From: Eledone cirrhosa
Taxonomy: Eukaryota
DNA: 64,000 bases
Assembly (NCBI GenBank): GCA_964016885.1
Contig: OZ024748.1
Span: 17,484,001-17,548,000 of the forward strand
Direction: 5' to 3'
The position numbers and the translations under genes were made by a program. Shown one piece after another: positions 53,598 to 64,000 of the stretch. Each line of letters begins with the position of its first letter. The first letter of the stretch is position 1. The notes under the pieces are model-generated. The model had not been told where the DNA came from and searched no databases. It saw only the letters and a list, made by a program, of their open reading frames with translations.

Positions 53598-54380
53598 ATA
53601 ATGATGGCTGCGCGTTGCAAATGGTGGTGCATATGAAAAAGTAAGTCCTTCATCAGTGACCCTCCAACCGTCCCAGGCATTTCATCGCTTTAAGGGCCAT
53701 ATGCCTCAGGTTGGTGCGAACAACGGCTAAAAAAAGTCGTTGGGACACGTAAATAAAGGGGACGTTAGGGTAACAAACAAAATGGTTTAAGCAACGGAAA
53801 GTGAGAAGAAATAGACAAGTCCCAGATCTCTATGAATATAAACTCGGTGAAATCGTGAACAAGAGACAAAAGATCATCAAACCTGGTTGAAATGTGAGCA
53901 AGGAAGGAATTTCGCACAGGTCTAACGGGGGGGGGGGGAGAAAAAGAAGAAGAAGAAGAAGAAGAAGAAGGGGTCTGGTCTACGAATTCGGTAAACATAA
54001 GTTTTGTGAAGTCGCAGACGAAAGAGAAAGAGAGAAATTCCATATCAGCTTGACCAAGACCGCGCGAGAAAAGAATTACACACAGGTCAAACTTGAAGGA
54101 GGAGGAGGAAAGAGGAGGAGGAGAGGTAGTGACAGAGAATGAGTGAGTGAAAGTTGAGGAGGAGGCTAACAGAGAGAGAGACTGCTAGAAAGGGTAAAAG
54201 GTACAAAGAACGAGAAAGGGTTAAATATATATATATATTAAGTTCCGAAACATCTATGATCTGCAGTTCACAGCTGATGAAGGGCTTCTTCTCTTGTTTC
54301 GTCCATATTACCATCTTAAACTTTGCTTACAGTAACCACACAGCCTGCTTCGTTTCTTGTAATTTTATCTATATATATAT

Positions 54381-54411
<31 letters not shown>

Positions 54412-55950
54412 GGAAAATGTTTAACCCAGACGGCAGAGCTCAAGCCGTTTCGACGGCAATATGTATGTTTGTGTCTAATATATATTGAAGAGATAAATGT
54501 ATATTATATAGTTTGCATTTTGATTATAATACATACAGTATGTCTATATAAATATATATTTGCTCTATGGGTGTATATATATATATACAATCCTTATCAA
54601 GACCTCTTTAGATTTTGGTCTTTGTAATTATTATTACTATGTGTATGTGTGTGTCTTGCTCTCTCTCTCTCTATATATATATTTTTTTTTTTTTTTAAAT
54701 AGAGGTGTGACACACGAGTTGTGATATATTAGTAAAAATGACAAATTTTTCCCAGTGAAAAATAGTATAATTAGGAATAAGTATAAATTAGTAATAAGTA
54801 TTAGTTAGTAATAAGTTTTAGTTTTAAGTTTTTACCGGTTGCGCATTTCTAATGCTTTTCAAAAATAATTTTGAGATAGAGCGCTCGTGATGTTTGCTCT
54901 CATCTGATCAGTTTTGGAAATTCTTCCTGTTTTATGTAAAAAAAGTGGCTCCAGAGGTATTAAGATTTGGTTGGTTGTTGAATGTCACGTGAATAAGTAC
55001 TATAAATTTTGCGCCAATTCGTGTTGCAAAAATTCTGGTATTCAAAACAATTTTGATTGGTCGGTAGAGGTCACGTGAATGTTAAAAATTGATTTTAGCG
55101 CGAACTGGTTTGGCGCCAAATGTAGGTTTGTCGAAGAGTGTCCTTTTTCGCTTGATTGAGTTGAAGTCATGTTGAGAAGTCACTGAAAAACATGTCTATT
55201 AAGACAAATATGTGTGTGTAGTAAATAGGTTCATTGTTGTGATAATGGTCAGTAGGGATGTGTCTGTGAGTTGCAGTCATGTTGAAAGATCAACAGTTCA
55301 GGTGTCTATTAAGACAAATATGTGTGTGTGTGTGTAGCAGAGTGGTTCGTGGTAGAGGGAATGAATTGGTCAATAGGAATGTGTGTGGGGGTATCTTAAC
55401 ATGTTGAAACATATTTTTCAGCTCTTATCTTATATGGAGAAGTGTGTGTGGGTGTCTGTTTGTATGTTAATGTACGCGCATGTGTGTGTGTGTGTGTGTG
55501 TGGATGGACCAGTATTTTTGTGATACTGGTAAAAATGGTGTACATTATTCGATATTTTCAGTAATTTGCAAAAACGATTCTCTCAAAAGAACATCAAAAA
55601 CATCAATAATAAAAGAGGTGAAATGATGTATAGTATTGTCATAACACCAAGGTGTGTGTGAGTGTCCAGATTGTACGTACTGCAAGGGGAATCCATTAGG
55701 CCCTGCCGTATGGGATACTTGTGTACAAATATGTATGTGCCCATCAATGTGCAATATGTGTATGTATCTGTGCGTATGTGTATGTATGTGTGTCGGCACG
55801 CTTATATCTATAAACATCAAAAGGTATGCAAATTTGTGTATATTTGTGTTGCACAATAGGACATGTGTGTTTACGTATGTCATTGTGTTTATATGTGGAT
55901 AGAAATGTATGTAGGATGTATGCTAATGTAGGTATGTATATATACACACA

Positions 55951-56275
55951 CACACAAAGAGGTATATGTTCAGTTATAGGGGATGGAATACCACCAGAAT
56001 GAAAACCATATTGTCTATGAAAGGAATGGAGAATACATATCAATTAAAAGAATAAATTAAAATGTATAAACCATCCACTAATAACTCTAGTTATAAAAGG
56101 GTGTTTTGTACATTAATGAAACAACATGTCCACACTGTAAGAATATTAATATATGGTCTGTACATTTTAATTTATTCTATTAATTAATATGTATTCTCCA
56201 TTCCTTTTGTAGACAATTTGGTTTTCACTCTGGTGGTATTATATCTCCGATAATTGAACACATACCTCTTTGTGT
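55951..56275. repeat. Old diverged inverted repeat
   Basis: 55951-56073 versus 56154-56275. Confidence 0.8.
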
Positions 56276-56384
56276 ATTTTTCTCTATATATTGTCTTATA
56301 AAGAGCGCGGAATCTATTTCTCAAGCTCATTAAATTACAGGGGATTAACTTGAGTCTCTAACTCCGTTTTTTAATTTGATATAT

Positions 56385-56713
56385 CATTTCATTTCACGTC
56401 CGCATTTCCCTGCTTGCAAGGGTGGGACGGGAACTGATTCTGGCTTGATTTCTACAGCTGGATGCCCTTCCTAACACCAACCTCATTTACAGTGAGTGCT
56501 GGATGCTTTTTTGCCGTGGCACCTCAACGACCCCTTTGCAGTGGAATGATAGGGAACCCAGTCCCTATCATCTCATTTCTACAGCTGAGTAAACTGGAGC
56601 AATGTGAAATAAAGTGTCTTGCTCAATGAAACAACACATCACCCGGTCTGAGAATTGAACTCACAACCTTTCGATTGCAAGGCCAATGCTCTAACCACTA
56701 AGCCATGTGCCTC
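56385..56713 (-). mobile_element. SINE family B
   Basis: Reverse complement of 7654-7998. Confidence 0.9.
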
Positions 56714-56723
56714 TCTCTCTCTC

Positions 56724-57075
<352 letters not shown>

Positions 57076-57393
57076 TTATATATATATATAATAATAATAT
57101 GAAATAACAGGAGGCCAAAAATGGTTGAATTTTCCTAAATATTTATATCTCCAAACACTATGCACATTTCAGTGGCCTTATACGTATATAGTCCTACATT
57201 CCTTATATAGATATATGTATATGTTCAGGTAAGCCTAAGTGAATGTTAATGAATGTGTGTGCGTGTATGCATTTCTGTGTGTGTGCGTGAGTTAGTATGT
57301 TAGACTGAGTGAAAGATATAGAGACATGGAGAGAGATAGAGATAGCAAGACAGGGGGAGAGTGAGAGCACAGAGAGATAGAGATAGCAGGAGG

Positions 57394-57431
<38 letters not shown>

Positions 57432-57609
57432 ATTGTTAAAATATTGAGGAGTGATTTATTGGTTAAATGTTGTGAAAACTTCAAATAATGAACTAGCTTA
57501 ATAAATATTTTCCTTGGGGTTGTAGAAATATCGGTATTGGTAATTATTGTGTTTAACAACATTCTAAATTTACTTCAAGACAAATAATATTAGAAAAATG
57601 AGAAAAAGA

Positions 57610-57663
<54 letters not shown>

Positions 57664-57795
57664 CCACACATATACATACATACATAATGCATATATATAT
57701 ATATATATATATATACACCCACACATATACATACATACATAATGCATATATATATATATATGTCATACATACACACACATATACATACATAATAC

Positions 57796-57826
<31 letters not shown>

Positions 57827-57870
57827 TATATATATACACACATATACATACATAATACATATGTATGTAT

Positions 57871-58096
57871 ATCATCATCATCATCATCATCATCATCAAC
57901 GTTTAATGCCCGTGTTCGACGCTTGCATGGGTTTGGACGGGGGTTTTCCCACTTGAGGCAAGAGTGGTTGTCATTGCTCGCATAGGACTGTCTGGCGGGT
58001 TTTCTACAGCTGGATGCCCTTCCTAACACCAACCACATTTACAGTGTGGGGCTGGGAGGTTTTTACCGTGTTGCCTACACGACCACATTACAGCGT
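57871..58096 (-). mobile_element. RTE-type 3'UTR fragment
   Basis: Matches 48251-48470. Confidence 0.8.
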
Positions 58097-58100
58097 ATAT

Positions 58101-58147
<47 letters not shown>

Positions 58148-58384
58148 TGTATATATATATAATGTATATAAAAATGCATATATATGTATATATAGATGTA
58201 TATATATATAATGTATATAAAAATGCATATATATGTATATATAGATGTATATATATATAATTTATATAAAAATGCATATATATGTATGTATAGATGTATA
58301 TATATATATAATGTATATAAAAATGCATATATATGATGTATGTATAGATGTATATATATATAACGTATATACATACGTGTGTAT

Positions 58385-59053
58385 ATATTGCAATGGCTTA
58401 CATTTTTAAACACAATATCTTCCTTTGTTACATTTTTATTCCTTTCTCTCGTTTGTTTTATTCATGCTCATGCTTTTTCCCTGACATCACATAAAATTCT
58501 GTGTGTACTTCTTGTTGCTTAATTGCTATAAATTAATGTTTCATCTCGTCTCTTACTCCATTGGACAGTGTTTGGCTTATGTCAGATGCTGTGACCCCGG
58601 GTGGGCCATCAGTATTGTTTGTAGGATGCCAAAGTCCATCTTAATGGTCGATGACCTTGGAGTTTTGTGTCCTTCGTTTGTATTTTATTTTTTAAGGTTT
58701 CCCCTTGAAAAATTGTTTTCCATATTGCCTTGTTTCCATTCATTGCCTTGTGCTCTCTTGTTAATTTTCTTATGTTTATCAATACTAATGTGATGTACTT
58801 ATTATTCTCCCCCCCCCCACACACACACACACCGCTCCATTTATTGCAATGGCTTACATTTTTTAACATGATTTCTTACTTTCTTTTTCTTGCTTTTTTT
58901 CTCCCTTTTTTTTCCTTTGTTTTCATTCATGACTCTCGTGCTATAAGAGGTGCCACACTTTTTTCTTGATGTCACATAAAATTCTATGTGTACTTGTAGC
59001 TTAAATGCAATAAATTAATGTTTTATGTCATGTATCTTACTCCATTTAGACAG
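58385..59053 (+). repeat. Diverged direct duplication of about 190 bp
   Basis: 58385-58568 versus 58842-59053 (tattgcaatggcttacatttt ... tcttactccatt). Confidence 0.75.
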
Positions 59054-59359
59054 CATACACATACCTACATACATACATACACATACATAACTACATACAC
59101 ACATACATACACACAAACACACACACATACATATAAAACAACTAGAACTATGACAGTAGAGAAATTTGTATTAAGGAAAGGTATTTATCTAATTTATTAA
59201 ATAAAATATGGCAGGCAATAAATATTGTTCACTTTTGTAATATTTGGTCTATCTCACTCTTGTTCCATTCCACAGCTGGCATTGTGAAATTGTTTTATTG
59301 TATCATTACACATGGTCAGTAATATGATTAGCTCCTCTCACTTGCAATAGGATTTTGTT

Positions 59360-60810
59360 TTGTGGGGGAGATTCTTTTGTCATACATGCCCAATCATGAG
59401 TGTATGTCTGGGGAGATTTTATTGTCATACATGCCCAATCATGAGTGTATGTCTGGGGAGATATTTTTGTCACACATGCCCAATCATGTGTGTGTGTTTG
59501 GGGAGATTTTTGGTCACTCATGCTCAATCATGTGTGTGTGTCTGAGGAGATTTTTTGTTACACATGCCCAATCATGTGTGTGTGTCTGAGGAGAGTTTTT
59601 GTCACACATGCCCAATCATAAGTAAATGTCTGGGGAGATTTTGGACACATGTGCCTGGGCTTGACTGTGTTTCTGTTGAGTTTTTTTTTTTTTTTTGTCA
59701 TACAGGCCTGGTTGTGACTGAGGAATGTTTTTGGACACACATGGATAGTTGTAACTATGTGTCTCAGGAGACTGTTGGTCACATAGGCATGGTTTTGACT
59801 GTGTCTGAGATTTTTGTTCCCACAGGCATGGTTTTGACTGTGTGTCTGAGATTTTTTCCCACAGGCTTGTTTTGACTGTGTGTCTGAGATTTTTGTTCCC
59901 ACAGGCTTGTTTTGACTGTGTGTCTGAGATTTTTGTTCCCACAGGCTTGTTTTGACTGTGTGTCTGAGATTTTTGTTCCCACAGGCATGGTTTTGACTGT
60001 GTGTCTGAGATTTTTTCCCACAGGCTTGTTTTGACTGTGTGTCTGAGATTTTTGTTCCCACAGGCTTGTTTTGACTGTGTGTCTGAGATTTTTGTTCCCA
60101 CAGGCTTGTTTTGACTGTGTGTCTGAGATTTTTGTTCCCACAGCCTTGGTTTTGACTGTGTGTCTAAGATTTTTGTTCCCACAGGCATGGTTTTGACTGT
60201 ATGTCTGAGATTTTTGTTCCCACAGGCATGGTTTTGACTGTGTGTCTGAGACTTTTTTCCCACAGGCTTGTTTTGACTGTGTCTGAGATTTTTGTTCCCA
60301 CAGGCATGGTTTTGACTGTGTGTCTGAGATTTTTGTTCCCACAGGCTTGGTTTTGACTGTGTGTCTGAGATTTTTGTTCCCACAGGCTTGTTTTGACTGT
60401 GTGTCTGAGATTTTTGTTCCCACAGGCTTGGTTTTGACTGAGTTACTGAGGAGATATTTGGTTATATAGGCTTTGTTTTGACTGTGTGACTGTGGGGTTT
60501 CTTACTCACACAGGCTTGGTTGTGACTGTGTGACTGTGGGTTTTCTTGTTCCCACAAGCTTGATTGTGACTGAGTAACTGTGGGGTTTCTTGTTCCCATG
60601 GGCTTGGTTGAGACTGTGTGACTGAGGTGGTTTTTGGTCACAAAGGCTTGGTTGTAACTGACTGACTGAGGACGTTTTTGGTCACACATTCCTGGTCCTG
60701 ACTGTGTGTTTTTAGTCACATCGGCTTGGTTGTTACTGAGGAGATTTTTGGTCACACAGGCTTGGTTGTGAATATGTGACTGAGGAGGTCTTGATTGTGT
60801 GTCTGAGGAG
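59360..60810. repeat. Minisatellite: about 45-bp units grading into homogeneous 40-bp units
   Basis: Core unit gactgtgtgtctgagatttttgttcccacaggcttgtttt, about 16 copies at 59790-60440. Confidence 0.95.
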
Positions 60811-61354
60811 TTTACTTTGCAGTCATGGGAATTCTGTATTCTGACTTCTTCCATGGCACCTTCAGTAAGTGTTTTCTAATAATTACCCCCTTCATGATAA
60901 TCAATGCCATGTGTGTGGAATTTGGTTGCCAGAAACCAGACACTGCAGAAGTCTGTTGTTTATATATATTTTAGGGAAATTGTAACAATGTGATGTCCCA
61001 CATATTTTCCTTATTCACTTCAAATGGGAGAAGGGTCATCCCATTTAGACTTTTACCATCACCATGATGAAACGGGGAAAGCTGTCAGCTACAGAATATT
61101 TTGAACACATTGCCCATCACTCTATAACCAATACATTATCCAGTCTCTTATTTCACCTTTTTGTAATTTTAAACTGAAGTGTTCTACCTAATCTTTGTCT
61201 TCTGTTTCTGTTGTGTCATTATTTCTTAGCACTTCCCCACTACACATATAGTCACCCACACGCATACATACACTCACATACATATACACTCACATGTGTG
61301 TGTGTGTATATATATATGTGTGTGTATGTATATATGTATGTATATGTATGTATG

Positions 61355-61400
<46 letters not shown>

Positions 61401-61552
61401 TACATATGTGTATGGATGTGTATGCATATCTGTATGTATGTATATATATATATATATGTATGTATACATATATGTATGTATGTATATGGATGTATGTATG
61501 TATACGTATGTATATGGATGTATATATGTATGAATGTATATGTTTATATATG

Positions 61553-61583
<31 letters not shown>

Positions 61584-61682
61584 GTATATATGTATATATA
61601 TATATATGTATATATGTAATTATATATGTATGTGTATATATGTATATATATATATGTGTGTATATATGTATATATATATATG

Positions 61683-62250
61683 TATACAACCTGTCTCATG
61701 GTCGGGTCATTGGCGACTAAACTGGCAACCCCACCAAGGTTTCTTGATGAGAAGGGTGACTTTGGACATCGTGCAGGACGAAAAACAAAACCTGTCAAAG
61801 GGCAAAGGAGCTCTTAAGAGTCAATGGCCATCCAAAATCACTGGGAGAGATGACCCCTTAGCCTTTGTCAAGGCAGAATTCTAGGAGAAGGAAAACTCTG
61901 ATATAACACCTGCAACTCTGATGGTATCCAATGATGTTGACTTGTTCTTCTTTTTGGTAAATATCATCTTGGTTAAGAGAGTGGGACTGGCTTTGTGCAG
62001 TGCCTTTGCTCACTATAAAAGCTTCACGGCACAGGCATTGCTTTATATCTGGAGATCTCTCTGCACTTGTCGTCACATGGTACCATGGGCCCAGCACTAT
62101 GTGTCAATAATTGTCACAAGTGTAGTGTTTGTACCAGAGTTTTCAAGTCGCTGGCTGGACTAAAAAGTGACACTCGTTCATTGCATCGGTAAGGGTTCTC
62201 CTACATGGATATAAAGTAGTGGCCGTACTCGAAAAGAGTTGGCAGCCACC
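61683..62250 (+). mobile_element. Second copy of the RTE-5'UTR-like non-autonomous element
   Basis: Matches 9842-10397; followed by 1.7 kb of (TA)/(TATG). Confidence 0.65.

Positions 62251-64000
<1,750 letters not shown>

Noticed and set aside
59790-60440. CRISPR-like array
   Set aside because: Head-to-tail 40-bp units without unique spacers, in a eukaryotic context

Overview
Repeat-saturated, AT-rich eukaryotic DNA. The SINE and microsatellite make-up suggests an octopod cephalopod (inference). No confidently identifiable host gene is present, and nearly all listed ORFs are artefacts of (TA)n/(CA)n/(CAT)n/(GGT)n repeats. Real coding remnants are all from transposons: a decayed Helitron PIF1 helicase (23.4-25.2 kb), two Penelope-like element (PLE) ORF fragments (3.5-3.8 kb; GIY-YIG at 22.5-23.0 kb) and RTE/RTE-X LINE ends. 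There are also two abundant tRNA-SINE families and piggyBac-, hAT- and Tc1/mariner-type MITEs. The main signal is a swarm of roughly 20 short ORF-less cassettes sitting between (TA)n tracts. They carry hammerhead-ribozyme (HHR) motifs from several unrelated families, with helix covariation and U3-A8 compensatory cores. Many are fold-back palindromes whose symmetry axis lies on or next to a ribozyme helix. One family is directly linked to the GIY-YIG PLE in the window. All structures were paired by eye, boundaries are approximate and ribozyme activity is untested.
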